The notes beneath the pieces were generated by a model. The model saw only the letters and a program-made list of their open reading frames with translations. It was not told where the DNA came from and searched no databases. Below are positions 23,361-36,195 of a DNA stretch of 64,000 nucleotides, piece by piece (within the stretch, counting starts at the first letter, position 1; each line of letters opens with the position of its first letter). The stretch lies in assembly GCA_965112155.1 (NCBI GenBank), contig OZ218102.1; one strand, written 5' to 3'. The stretch is from Podarcis liolepis. Lineage: Eukaryota. Position numbers and translations under genes: made by a program.

Positions 23361-25201
23361 TGTCACTGACAATGAAAGGTGTTTTTCTGTGTTTCAAATC
23401 CAATGACAGACATGTCTTTCTTTGTGTTTATAATCGCTTCTATAATCTCACATGCGGAAAATGTACAGTGTGCATCTTCTCATTCCCTTCGCTTCTATTT
23501 TTTTTCCTCCTTGGGACCAGCTGATTTAGCATCAGTGAGCAACACCCCCCCAATGCCTCAAATTGTAGTAATTACGTGTAGGAAAGCTCAGAAATCCCGT
23601 AGGCTGCTAGATTACTGAGACGCAAAGCAGAAGTACCTCTTGAAGTAAGAGCATGTTGAACTATGCCCATCCCTTGCTGCTTCCAACTCCTACCTAGGAT
23701 TTTAACTATGCTCCTACAAGGTGTACTGCTTGATGTAACATTTGCAGGATGTAAAACATCTCTCTCTCTCTTGAGCCCATTTGCTAATGCTTTCTCAACA
23801 AGTAGCAGTTCTGGCTGAGAACGAAATGCATTCACAATTGCTGGTGAACTCTGGCTTACCCAGATTTCTATTTTTTTGTGAAAGAAAGACCTAGATTTAA
23901 CACTTTGCACCCCATTTTTATAGTGGTTATTAATACTGCACCTTTGGAAGCAATAGGATGAATAAAAACGGAACCTTCCTGAAATAAAAATTGCCCGGTT
24001 CAAAAATATGATTCAAAAGCTTTGCTCCCAGAACTTGCTCCAAAGCAAAAATGAAACAAATAAGGTTACATTCAGATAGTGGCATAACATCATGTGCTGA
24101 GCCCAGCACAGGCAAAATATCCTAGAAATATGGATTTCTTCATCCAGAGCTAAAGGCAAAGCCCTGCCCCTTCTCCATTCCAGCCTGAGGCTGTTCTTCT
24201 CCCGGAGAGAAAATCATTAGCACATCCTTTCTCCTTGGTGCTTCAGAACAAAGAGTTACTAACACACCTAAAATGGAGACCTGTAATTGAATATTCCTCA
24301 TGTGATCTAAGTTAAACACCTTGTGGGAGCCAGCAGAAATGCATTCTCACTAATCATTAACACGTTAGGCTTTCTGCAACAATGAAATTTTCCATACCAT
24401 GCTATCCTTTTAGCAGGACACGTACAGACACGTACAGAATTATTTTCATTTGCAATTAAATCTTCCCAGTGTTGATCCTGGCCCCCCACCCAGTGCTTGC
24501 TGTTTAAAGTTTTAAAAGATTCATTGTACTTCCTTCCATTGTTTGTTAAATACATTTATTGTTACGCTAAGGGAAAAAAATGGAAAAATATTTGTGAAAT
24601 TCGATGTATACCTATTCCCCGTTGTAAAAACTGCAGATTTTAGATCTGCCTTTGAAACATTTTTGCGGTTTACCTCACATTGCAATCCTATATATGTCTA
24701 CTCAGAAGCAGGCCCCATGGAGTTCCCCTTCTCCTTTCTAGACACACACTCAATCCCTTATCTTCCGCCCGTCTGACTGAAAAGTGCCAACCCAACACCA
24801 GAGTACCTATTTTCATATATGGTGTACGTCTGTAAATACTGTCTGTGAGTTACAAATCATATTGCTACTTGCTGGGGGGATGCATAGAATATATTTATTA
24901 TTTTAGGAATTCAAACCGCAGATACTTGAAACACAGCTGAAGGATTTCAACCGAGGCCAATGTAACAGCAGATATATAATTAGCTAGGCCTAAGTGTCAG
25001 TTAAGTGGGCAGGCTAAAAACTAAACTAAACAACACACCCATTCCTTAAATGGTATCTGCATGTATAAGGATTTCTCATGTTTCTTTCCACATGGGCAGA
25101 ATGCAAAAGAAGACACCACCATACCAGAGATGAGAAGGAGGCAGCGAGTTCCTTCCTTTCTCTGGCAAATAAATCTATCTGGCAATACTATGAGCGTACA
25201 T

Positions 25202-25337
25202 TAGGCATAGGCAAACTCGGCCCTCCAGATGTTTTGGGACTACAACTCCCATAATTCCTAGCTAACAAGACTAGTGGTCAGGAATGATGGGAATTGTAGT
25301 CTCAAAACATCTGGAGGGCCAAGTTTGCCCATGCCTG
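25202..25337. mobile_element. hAT palindromic MITE
   Basis: aggcataggcaaactcggccctccagatgtttt ... aaaacatctggagggccaagtttgcccatgcctg. Confidence 0.88.
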
Positions 25338-25404
25338 GTGCAAATGTTCAGCAATGAGGGGTTCTGGGAGTGAGGCCAAGCCTGAAGAAAACTATCTAGC
25401 TTTT

Positions 25405-26355
25405 AAAAAATATATATTTTATTTAGGACTTTTAAAAAATACATTTCAATAATTTTACAGTCATTTTAACATTTCAAAACTTGACTTCCTTCCCCCTCTT
25501 GCTGTGGTTCCTTAAATTTATTTTTAATATTTTCTGCATATCCAAATTATTTGTTCATTTATTCATCTACTTTACACTCTTATAAAACTGCAGGTTACTA
25601 CAATAATCCTACCAATGTTCTTATCTGTTTACAGTTTGTTTGTAAATATTCAATAAACCATTTCCATTCTTTTATAAAAAGTTTCTTATCATGATTTCCT
25701 ATTTTTCCAGTAAGTTTTGCCATTTCTGCATATTCCATAAGTTTTTGTATCCTTCTTTTGCTGGGACTTCTTCTTTCCATTATTGGGCAGGTAACATTCT
25801 TGCCACTGTAGTCACATACATTAATAAATTTCTATACAGTTCGGGTAGTTCTGTCCCTATAATTCCCAAAAGGAAAGCTTCTGGTTGTTGTTTTTTACAA
25901 ACATTATTTTAAACATCTTTTTCAATTCATTATATATCACTTCCCAGTAAGCTTTAACCTTACTACAAGACCACCACATATGGTAAAAAGAATCTTCTTT
26001 CTCTTTACATTTCCAACACTTGTTTTATTTAGATTTATACATTTTTGCCAATTTACTCAGTGTTAGGTACCATCAATATATCATTTTCATATAATTTTCT
26101 CTTAGACCAAAACATGCTGTAAATTTTATACAGTGGTACCTTGGTTCTCAAACTTAATCCGTTCTGGAAGTCCATTCCAAAACCAAAGCATTCCAAAACC
26201 AAGGCGCGCTTTCCCATAGAAAGTAATGCAAAATGGATTGACCTGTTCCAGACTTTTAAAAACAACCCCCAAAACAGCAATTTAACATGCTTTTTACTAT
26301 CTAATGAGACCATTGATCTGTAAAATGAAAATAATAAACAATATACTGCAGTCAC

Positions 26356-26393
<38 letters not shown>

Positions 26394-26661
26394 GCTGAAC
26401 TGGGTTGCACACAGTCACACACATAAAAGAGAGCCACAAAAAGAAAAACGCAAAATAAATAGCAAAAACAGACAGACCTCAGCGTAACACTCAAAACGGA
26501 AGTGTGGCACTCAAAATGGACCACATTCAGCTTCCAAAAAAGGTTCACAAACTTGAACACTTACTTCCGGGTTTGCAGTGTTTGAGTTCCAAGTTGTTTG
26601 AGTACCAAGGCTTGTTTGAGAACCAAGGTACCACTGTATCCATATTCCACAATCATTCCCA
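25405..26661 (-). mobile_element. L1-clade LINE 3' end, interrupted by a Tc1/mariner MITE
   Basis: Minus strand WE*LWNMD|IKFTACFGLRENYMKMIY*WYLT...KCWKCKEKEDSFYHMWWSCSKVKAYW (CCHC knuckle); reading frame joins across the MITE; A-rich tail. Confidence 0.88.
26131..26636. mobile_element. Tc1/mariner (Tigger/pogo-like) MITE with internal (CAAT)n at 26357-26391
   Basis: TA-cagtggtaccttggttctcaaac ... gtttgagaaccaaggtaccactg-TA (23-bp perfect TIR). Confidence 0.92.
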
Positions 26662-27069
26662 CAGAAGAAAACTATCTAGCTATGACCACTTGCACTGGCT
26701 TTAGGCTGTAGGCCACCACAGTCAAAATAAAGCTTCTACATGCAGATTCCCTTGCTTAGAGGGAGACTTGTGGACCAAACTTTAGCCGCAGTGAAATCAG
26801 TAACACCAGTGATCTCAAGGGATGGTTGCAGTGGATCAACCTTGCAAAGGATATCATTGACCAGGGATGAAACCCTTTCCAAAGTTAGCCAAGCTAACGT
26901 AGACGACTGGGAGTGGAGCTGTAGTACTGGCACTTCCAGTTAGCGGTGCGGGAGAAATTCAATTCAAATTGCATTTAAAGGGGAACTTACTGAACCTGCA
27001 CTTTCTGAAACACAAAGGAGATCCACTTCTTCCCCCCCCCCCAAAGGCAAATATTATTGATCATTAAAA

Positions 27070-27143
27070 GATTCCTGCATTTCAGATGGCTGGACTAGAT
27101 GACCCTTGTGGTCCCTTCCAACTCTACTATTCTATGGTTCTAT
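27070..27143 (+). mobile_element. CR1-type 3' tail
   Basis: ggactagatgacccttgtggtcccttccaactctactattctatggttcta; homologous to the tail at 18611. Confidence 0.75.
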
Positions 27144-27359
27144 TATGCCAACCCTTCAGCGGGCCCTTCCAGATGACCTGTTTATTGAGCATATGCTTGT
27201 ACAAACCCTACACAAAGTTTACACTGCGCCTTGTCTTTGTTGATTATTCGTTCTGATTTGTTTGTGGGGAGGGCATACACGCATTCATCCTGATTTTGTT
27301 TGTGTGGTATTTGCCGAACCCACACTTCTCAGTGTGTCTCCCAACCACTGTGAAAAGTC

Positions 27360-27775
27360 CATTAAAAAACAAAAACAAGACAACAACAAGAATCCACCAA
27401 CAGCATATGAATCAATATGGCTAACCTGATTCAAAAACACCCACCCACCCCACTCACACATGAAAACAAAGTTCACCACAGCCAACCACAAACAAGCAAC
27501 CGCACCCTAGGCCAACCCCAATTTCCCTCACCACCAAAGGAACACAAGCAAATAGCAAAGAGGACCTGCACAAACGACGCTGACACAAAAACCCACACGT
27601 ACATTAAGCAAAATAGAAATATCGCCTCCCGACCCCACTCCCTCCACCTCTTCCCCCCCTTTTCTTCCTAATGTAACCCTAATGTCTCAACAAATGAAAC
27701 TGATTATGGGAAATGTAACTTGAAAAAAGAGACATTGTGCATACCTTTGTAAACCAAGAAAGCTTTAATATTTTT
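27360..27775 (+). mobile_element. Probable L1-like 3' end with C/A-rich UTR
   Basis: Abrupt, strongly C/A-skewed block ending in a degenerate poly(A) signal; family from memory only. Confidence 0.45.
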
Positions 27776-28912
27776 TTTTATGTACATTAAAAATAAAAAG
27801 GGGGATTTGTTGCAGTAGAGTGACACAGTGCTTTAATCCACTTTAACACCACAAATCTAAATTTCCCAGATGCACTTGAATATCTCCTGCAAAATATTGA
27901 CAGTCTGGTGAAGACCAATGGTCTTGCTATTCCACACCAAGGATCACACCAGCCCAGCATTTTGTGTACAACAGCAGCCAGATGCTTAAGGGAAGCAGAC
28001 AAGGAAGGGCAGGATGAGATAGCTGTGCCTTGTAATTTGTTTCTGCCATTCTAAGGTACACTCCCTCTTAACATGGAGGTACCATTGGGTTCCTCACTGC
28101 TAATAATCAGTTGGCCAACATCACCTGAATATTTCGAATCCACTTTTGAAAGACACTTGCATGTCCCAGATTCGGAACACGCATTGCCTTGAGATCTTTT
28201 TGAACTGAAATGCTTTTGAGAAGATCTTATTTCGAGAAATTGCAGGTCTGATTACTTGCAAAAACTATTTCTTATATGCTTAATTTGTCTCTTTATACTG
28301 GCGAATTACCATTCAGCTGGATGTAAGGCTGAGTCAGTCTGCCGCACGCTGAAAGCTGTAAGGCTAATTTTGATAATTATCAACTTCTCTGTTCTTTAGG
28401 CTTTGTTCAAATTACTTGAAAAATGTCCACTCTTGGACAAGCTTTGCCTGCATATGTCTTATTAACCCCATTTCAGCCAAGTTTTGGCTCACTTCATTGT
28501 CAATGTTCCTACCAAGGCAATTTATAGTACTTATGAAACGATAGGTTGTTAAGCATACAATAGACTTCTATTTCATTTGCGATTACTACAAGCCTGGCCA
28601 AAACCATTGTGGTTTGACACATCACAGATTAGCGGTACTGTATATGTATCAAGATGCTGAATGGCTTTGACAATAGTTCCATTTACTTAAGTGAACATTT
28701 TAAAATGCACAGAGGCCTCTAGGAGAGCATAACAGATATAGCTATAAAGAGACAGCCAAGATTCTATTAACCAGGTAATTCAATTTCAGGATCAAGAGCA
28801 AATGTGTAAGAAACAGAAACGGCCCTTCTCCAAAAAACCTCATCACTCTGCTTCTCCTACAGAGATGGGAACCCTACTAGGTGGATTCCAAGTCTCTTGA
28901 CTACCAGGCAAG

Positions 28913-29178
28913 AGAAGAAGAAGAAGAAGAGGAAGAAGAGAAGAGTTTGGATTTGATATCCAGCTTTATCACTACCCGAAGGAGTCTCAAAGCGGCTAAC
29001 ATTCTCCTTTCCCTTCCTCCCCCACAACAAACACCGTGTGAAGTGAGTGAGGCTGAGAGACTTCAGAGAAGTGTGACTAGCCCAAGGTCACCCAGCAGCT
29101 GCATGTGGAGGAGCAGGGAAGCGAACCCGGTTCCCCAGATTACGAGACTACCGCTCTTAACCACTACACCAAACTGGC
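28913..29178 (-). mobile_element. Young Squam3-type SINE with (CTT)n tail
   Basis: Reverse complement of the 49376-49627 type; GAA run at 28913-28944. Confidence 0.9.
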
Positions 29179-29198
29179 GAGGGATGGTCAGGGATTAA

Positions 29199-29348
29199 NN
29201 NNNNNNNNNNNNNNNNNNNNNNNNNNNNNNNNNNNNNNNNNNNNNNNNNNNNNNNNNNNNNNNNNNNNNNNNNNNNNNNNNNNNNNNNNNNNNNNNNNNN
29301 NNNNNNNNNNNNNNNNNNNNNNNNNNNNNNNNNNNNNNNNNNNNNNNN
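29199..29348. other. Assembly gap (150 N)
   Basis: N run. Confidence 0.99.
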
Positions 29349-30396
29349 TTCTTCTTCCACCATCCCAGCAAAATTGTGTGTCCTGAGTTCCTCCATTGTC
29401 AAATCTGATTATCCTTTAGATAATCAGAAACCTCTCAGTTTTAAAACACGCCATTTTATATTTTTGAATCTATGAGATTTCTGAGTTGTTCAGCAGAACA
29501 GACAACTGATGAGACAGAATGGTGAAAGAAAGAAAAGAAGACAGAATGGTATGGGTTTTGTTTTTGTTTTTTAAAAAATGAGTTTGTGTACACCATAAAT
29601 TTAAAACATTGGTTTAGAGTCGTACATTAGGCAGTTCCATCCATCATCCCCTTCCTTCCGAAAATAAAATAATTTAATAAGGCTTGCCATGAAAAGCATG
29701 TTTGTATACATTATTTGGTTGGAGAACTTCACTGCAAAATTCAGCAAAGTAAAGATTTCGAAGCGTGGCAGTGTTTCCATCTGCACATTGTTTCAAGAAG
29801 TGCAGACTAGGTAGATGTGCCGTTTAAGTAAATTGAATCAAATTTCTTCCCCATCCTTATTAAACGGCTTTAGGATTCAGAAGGCAAAACAGCATACAGA
29901 TTATTTTTAGTCCCTTGAAATGAGAAGGTTGGCTGTAAAACCACTGGTATTCTGCTCACTGAAGTCTGGTGTTTTGGCTTCCAGTCTGTTTCTCCCTGTA
30001 TCCAACAGCAGGTCAACAGACTTCACCATGACTGAGTATTCTGTCTGGAATTTTTCCTCGCAACAGTAAACCTCAGAGAGCAGGAATAGTCAGAAGGCCG
30101 ATGCAGAATCCAAGTCCAAGAGGACACTGAAGGTCACCTAGGCTTCCTCTCTTCTTACCCCTCTGTTCATGCTTTCCCACAAACCTTTGTTTTTCCAAGC
30201 TGCCTGGCTTTTAACCGATTAACTAATTAAAATATCAGTGTACCACACAGCAGAAGTACTATTTTTGAATACACTTGGTAGTGGCTGAATGCAGGAACAT
30301 CGTTTGTTTGTTTGTTTGTTTGTTTGTTTGAAAAAAAGCCCAATTGTCTGAATCAAAAGGAACCTGCTTTGTTGGATGGTCAAACTACGTTCACGG

Positions 30397-30524
30397 CTGC
30401 TGCTTCTTTTCAGCCGGAACTCGCCGGAACTCAGTTCTGGCACCTCTCAAATGGCCACCATCATAAGAACACAAGGGAGGCATTCATGGTGGGTTTCTGG
30501 CACCTTTCTAGAAAAATAGCACAG
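30397..30524. mobile_element. Degenerate hAT-like MITE
   Basis: gcttctttttcagccggaactcgccggaactc ... agaaaaatagcacag; ends resemble the CAGTGCTTTTT TIR at 31575. Confidence 0.55.
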
Positions 30525-30834
30525 CACATTATACAGAAATGCATGTAATAAAGCCATGACTTTTAAAAAACAAAAAGCAATTTCAAGGAGCTTCTATTCT
30601 GAAGGAAATAACATAGATAAAGATGGTAGTACGTGTGCGCACGCCTAGTTTTTCTGCTCAAAACCCTCCCATGCCACTTCCCAGGTCAAGAGGCATTAAA
30701 AATTGAGTCAAAAGTTGCAGCTATATTTACAACAATGGCCATGATCTAAAATTCTTTTTTTAAAAAAAATAATAGTTTAATGCACAAAGCAATTCAAAAT
30801 GTGATTCTTTGTTCCTCCTCCCCCATCTTCTAAA

Positions 30835-30953
30835 CCAGGACACCTGTGGCCCTTCGGATGTCGTTGGACTACAATTCCCATCATTCCTGACGACTGACCA
30901 TCCTGTCTGGGGCTGATGATAACATCTGGAGAGCCCTGGGTTCCCCACCCTTG
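30835..30953. mobile_element. Degenerate GGACTACAA-family MITE
   Basis: gatgtcgttggactacaattcccatca ... aacatctggagagcc. Confidence 0.65.
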
Positions 30954-31574
30954 CTTTAAAAGGAAGCTCTCTTGTTATAATTGGACTTTGTCTCCTGATC
31001 TAAAGAGCCTCCACTTAGCTCCTCAGCATTGTTTTTCCCCTCAGCCCCAAACGCCTTTTCCAAACCACAAAGCCAACATGCTCAGGGTGTCTTCCAGAAC
31101 GAAGTCTGCCTCCGACTAGTCCGCTGTGTGCAGCATGCCACATCTGTCTTGGCACCCGTGTGAAAAACTTTCTCTTTTGGTTTAGTCTCGCAGCGTAACT
31201 TAAACAACCATGTCAGAACTTTTTTTTTCTTGTCCACCCCCTCCATGGCTTTGAAGGAGACGTTTCTTCAGGAAGAAACACCCCCAAGGTCAGTGTTGAA
31301 AAACCAATTCAGACATTAATACAAACAAACACTCTGTGGAAAAACAGACAGGAAGTCAGGAAAGCCCCTTTTGTGACTAGACTATCAGTTTCAGTAGCAT
31401 CATTCTCTGGATTAGAAGCTCCTTCTTTTGCTAAGGGAAAAATATATAATCAAGGCAAGGCTTGATGCTCAGCAGTTTTCTAAAATCAGCATCCTCCCCT
31501 CCTTCCTGAAGTAAGCAAAGGATCCCCAAAAGCAGACTGCTTTCTCTGATTCAAAAATGCACAATACAAACACT

Positions 31575-31710
31575 CAGTGCTTTTTTTCTGGAGGTACACA
31601 CCCCCCTAAACATTTTGTGAATCTAAGTTTGGCCTCATTGAGGGGCAGTATTTCAATATGAGTAGGAAAATGAGAGTACCCCTAAACATTTTTAAAGAAA
31701 AAAAGCACTG
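31575..31710. mobile_element. hAT MITE, 136 bp
   Basis: TIR cagtgctttttttct/agaaaaaaagcactg; perfect TSD caaacact (31567-31574, 31711-31718); inverted copy at 38334. Confidence 0.92.
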
Positions 31711-31802
31711 CAAACACTTATCAGAGCAAGATGAGAAGAAATCAAGTGTTATAAGCTTTCCTGCTTTGTGGTATTTTGCTTAGTGTGGCGTATGGCTGGT
31801 TG

Positions 31803-31959
31803 CATAGGTGCCAATTCCCTCGGGCCCTGGGTGCCCAAGCACCCACCAAATTCCCCATGAAGGGGTCGGGGACCCCAAATTTCGGTGCCAGGTCCATGCA
31901 CACTGCATGGCACCCATGGCCCCAGGCACCCATGGTCACGGGCCAAGCTGGCACTCCTG
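31803..31959. mobile_element. GC-rich hAT MITE
   Basis: cataggtgccaat ... gctggcactcctg; TSD gctggttg/ggtgggtg (6/8); repeated gcaccca motif. Confidence 0.7.
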
Positions 31960-32187
31960 GGTGGGTGTTTTAAAACCTGGTCAGATGTGATCTCTCAGGC
32001 AGGTGTTGTATAATGTGGGAGAACGCAGCCTCCCAATGGGTAAAAATAAATTAATTAAAACAAAAGATTCCCAAAATGACACAGGCATTGTGCAGCCGTC
32101 AGCATTAATTACCTCATGGATAATTCTACTACTGGGGCTTCTGGACTGTTGCTGTTTTGGTGTGGGGTTCAGTCACAAATTCCGTTT

Positions 32188-33060
32188 GTGTGATTATAGC
32201 TGACCCACAGCAAACCCACCTCCCCAGAAGATTGAACATTTTGTGGGCAGGCAAGCAGAGAGGCAGGGATGGGGAGCAAGAATAAAACAACCAAGGCTCA
32301 GTTCTGGGTTGAAATAAGGCCACAACTTTATGGATTACAGAGAGTAGGCCCTTGTTAGCTTGCAGTTAAGTTAAGGTCCACCATGGCAGGAACTTCATCA
32401 GGTGGTCCCTTTCAGGCAACCTGGTAGAGAGTGCTGTGGCCCATCAGCCCCCGAGCTGGGCTTCTGGACAGAAAGAGATGCCTTCCCTTAAGGGGATTTC
32501 CTGTTTGGATAGGGCAGGGGGCTTCCTCCCCCTCCATCCCTTCCCAGGATTCAGCCCAATGCGTCTACCGCCATTACAAGTCATGACATGAATGGAATAG
32601 AGAAGAATAGAAAAAAATAAAGAAGAAAATCAAACACATGCTATTGTTATGAGGTAGGCGAAACCCCCACCAAACCATAGCCAATCTGTCTCTGGGTAAA
32701 AATTTCTCCCTGGCCTCCAAAATCAGCATTTGACTGACATCCATAGAAATGTGGAAGGTGGCACACCAGGAAAAGGGACTCTGCTGGTCTGAACTATGTT
32801 CAAGGGAAAGGTGTGGGTGGATAAGCCTTCATGAACAAAGGTAGGGAGAACTGGGGTGAGCCTCATTTTATCTCCTAGGAGCAGACCTGACCAAGGAGGT
32901 CTGGTCAGATCTGCTCCCAGGCCTCACCCAGAGGAACCGGAGTGGCCGTTCCAGATTGGCTCCCTGATGGTGAGACTCTGCGCCCATGCCTGGCCACAGG
33001 ACACTATGGGGCTCCAAGGCTGTGCAGGAAAAGGTCTGTTGCCCTCATAGACAGACCCTC
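32188..33060 (-). mobile_element. Possible LTR-like or DIRS-terminal remnant (right boundary uncertain)
   Basis: Minus strand cataaagttgtggcc and terminal ggtggg...gctgtgg...tcacaca resemble the end of the 50465-50838 insert. Confidence 0.35.
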
Positions 33061-33575
33061 CAACATCTTGAGTCCCCAAACTGGGATTTGCGTGTGAGTC
33101 ACATGACCTGCATGAGATCACAGAGTCCCAAAGATGTGCTTTTTTGAGGACATGCTTGCACGGCAAAGAAAACCCATGTTTTGGGGTGCCACAAGAGATT
33201 GCAACCCTGAAAAAGTGTTTTTTCTGGGGGTGAGATTACAGCATGAAGTCACATGAGATCATGGTGCTCCAAATGGCTGCCATGCTCTTGTGCGAGAAAA
33301 CAGGATGTCCCTGTTTTTCCAGGACACTTTCAGGATATGTTGGGTCATCTGAACGTCACAATAAGCAAAGTGAAGGGGTGAATGCACTGGAAAATGTCAG
33401 ATAACACTTGCTTTGATTCATCATCATCTAACTTCCCCTCAAACCACTTAGACTGAATGCTCATTAAACAGCCAATGTCATCTAATCTTGCGGCAAACAA
33501 ATCAAGATGGAAGGTAAAAACAATCAGGTCATCGGGAATCAATCTACAAGCCTGCCACACTGACTTAACAATTAA

Positions 33576-33734
33576 NNNNNNNNNNNNNNNNNNNNNNNNN
33601 NNNNNNNNNNNNNNNNNNNNNNNNNNNNNNNNNNNNNNNNNNNNNNNNNNNNNNNNNNNNNNNNNNNNNNNNNNNNNNNNNNNNNNNNNNNNNNNNNNNN
33701 NNNNNNNNNNNNNNNNNNNNNNNNNNNNNNNNNN
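33576..33734. other. Assembly gap (159 N)
   Basis: N run. Confidence 0.99.
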
Positions 33735-34489
33735 AAATTAAAACAATCAAGAGATGCCGTCAAATGTCACCCAAGTTTCAAATGTTGAAGCAGAATTTCA
33801 CATCAAAAGTTCATGTTGAAATCTGAAATTTCAAGTACGGAATCTGAACTTTTGTTAGTGGGGAAATATACTCAGCTTTAGTGCTCAGCACATTGTAACA
33901 ATTCTTTAAAAAAGAATACTCAGCATATAAGGACAAATTCTCATAACTTAAATCCCATCTTTCACCACAAGGGAGCATACAAATTAAATGTTTCTCATGT
34001 GAAAAGAGATGCAGTAAACTCATCTCAGCAAACCCAATGGCATATCTCTCCTGGGTTCACACGAGAATTCAATTCATTGTTGAAACAGACAGTAAATCAA
34101 GCCAGCAAGTTCTGTAAATATATTTGTATGTTAAACACAATGTAAAATCAGCAGTAGGCACCTCAGCATCAGAATCTATTTATGTTTTCGGTGCTTTTTT
34201 TTCTTTTCTTCTTCCTTGGCCAGACACAATTTTTTTATGTCTTTAAGAAGAACCCAAAATAATTACCAGACACATTCCCTGGATGACTCAGCCTGCTGAA
34301 CCGAACTCAAAACATGTGCTCGTCATCAGGAAGTGGAGAAACACAGAGCCCACTACTTCAGTAAATCTTGGAACAAGCAATATTCCCTGCTGCATAATAT
34401 TTTTACTAAACGAAGCGAGGGAGGAATTATATTGATAGGGAAGGAAAACCGTGGCTTGTATAAATCAGAAGCACTCCCTCTCACTCTCT

Positions 34490-34675
34490 GGCTGTGTACA
34501 CAGCATACAATCAGATCACACTTAAATTATACTATTTCCCCAAAGAATCCTGGGAACTGTAGTTTAACGAGGGTGCTGGGAATTGTAGCTCTGTGGTGGG
34601 TAAACTGCAGTTCCTGGGTTCCCCCCCTTTTTTTAATGAAGTCATGTGCTTTAAATGTATGGTGTGTATGCAGCC
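34490..34675. mobile_element. Harbinger-like MITE
   Basis: ggctgtgtacacagcataca ... tgtatggtgtgtatgcagcc-taa inverted ends. Confidence 0.65.
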
Positions 34676-34812
34676 TAACACTCTCATAATGCTATAACGG
34701 TAGTTAAACATCAACTTCACAACCCTGAAGTTTTGTTACCCTGTCCTTTTGTGTTGTCCTGGGTTGTTTTAGGGAAGGGACTGTAAAGCTGATAACAGCA
34801 GCACTGCAATTA

Positions 34813-35274
34813 CTGTATTTTTCGCCCTATAGGACACACTTTTCCCCCTCCAAAAATGAAGGGGAAATGTGTGTGCGTCCTATGGGGCGAATACAGGCTT
34901 TTGCTGAAGCCTGGAGAGCGAGAGGCTCTTGCTCTCCAGGCTTCAGGAAGCTCTGCGCAACCCTCCGGAGCCCGGCGCCAAGCCGTGCCGGGCTCTGGAG
35001 GGTTGCGCAGAGCTGCCTGCATTCCGAAACCTCAGGCGCGCTGAAAAGCGCGTCTGGGCTTCGCACAGCTGTCCGCAAGCCTGGGGAGACCGGTGCGGCT
35101 CCCTAGGCTTGCGGGTAGCAGGCTGTTCTGGGGGCTGGGGTTGGGGGAAGCCCGGGCTTCCCCCACACCAGACCAGTGCCTTGGGGGGGAAATAATTTTT
35201 TTTCTTTATTCCCCCCCCAAAAAAACCTAGGTGCTTCCTATAGGACGGTGCGTCCTATGGGGTGAAAAATACAG
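34813..35274. mobile_element. Tc2/pogo-like non-autonomous element with GC-rich hairpins
   Basis: TA-ctgtatttttcgccctataggac ... gtcctatggggtgaaaaatacag-TA. Confidence 0.85.
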
Positions 35275-35349
35275 TAATTAAGGGATGGAGGACGTAAAGG
35301 GAGCCAGGGAGAAAGAACTGAGAGTTTCAGTAGAAAGTGAAAATGTGTA

Positions 35350-35691
35350 CAGTGGTGCCTCGCAAGACGAAAGGAATCCGTTCTGTGATTCTCTTCGTCT
35401 AGCGGTTTTTTCGTCTTGCGAAGCAAGCCCATTGACGGATTAGCGGATTAGCGGTATTAGCGCTATTAGCGGCTTTTAGCGGCTTATCTGCTGATCAGAT
35501 CAGCTGATAAGCGGCTTAGTGGCTTAGAAAAAGGGGGGGAGGGAAAAAACCAGCAGGAACTCGCAAGACATTGTCGTCTTGCGAAGCAAGCCCATAGGAA
35601 ATTCGTTTTGCGAAGCACCTCCAAAACGGAAAACTCTTTCGTCTAGCGAGTTTTCCGTCTTGCGAGGCATTCCTCTTGCGGGGCACCACTG
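35350..35691. mobile_element. Tc1/mariner (Tigger-like) MITE with internal gcgg.ttag tandem units
   Basis: TA-cagtggtgcctcgcaaga ... tcttgcggggcaccactg-TA; same ends as 59196-59522. Confidence 0.9.
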
Positions 35692-35744
35692 TAATTTGGA
35701 TGCCACTGATGGACATGAAGAATCAACAGAGGTGCCGGCCTGGC

Positions 35745-36020
35745 CAGGGTCATAGCTAGGAGGTGGTGAGGTGGGCCCCCGCCAGTGGCACAGGCAAGGG
35801 GAAGGGGTGCAAAATCAGCTTAAAAATATGCCCATAGATATATCTATAAATAAAAATATTGCTTATTGCCTCATAAGAAATGGTTTTAAATAGAGGGTGA
35901 ATTGAATGGGCGGAAGGGGGATTGGATAAGAGGGGGAAAGAAGAGCTAATTTGTCCATGGCTAGGGGGCGCAATCTGGACGGTTCTGCCAGGGGCACAAG
36001 ATCACCTAGCTACAGCTCTG
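35745..36020. mobile_element. hAT MITE, 276 bp
   Basis: cagggtcatagctagg/cctagctacagctctg; perfect TSD ggcctggc (35737-35744, 36021-36028). Confidence 0.85.
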
Positions 36021-36087
36021 GGCCTGGCAGACAAGTTTCTTGGGGGCCACGTCTAGGGAGACCTCTCCACTGCTTGGTCGCCAAGAC

Positions 36088-36195
36088 TACTGGAAGCAAG
36101 GGAACCGCTAGAAGGCCCTCGGTGCTGGACCTCAGTGTCCAGGCAGAACGATGGGGGTGGAGACGCTCCTTCAGGTATACTGGACCAAGGCCGTA
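36088..36195 (-). mobile_element. L2-clade fragment
   Basis: Homologous to 41520-41612. Confidence 0.8.

Noticed and set aside
29105-29402. ORFs spanning N runs (also near 33570 and 39950)
   Set aside because: Artefacts of assembly gaps
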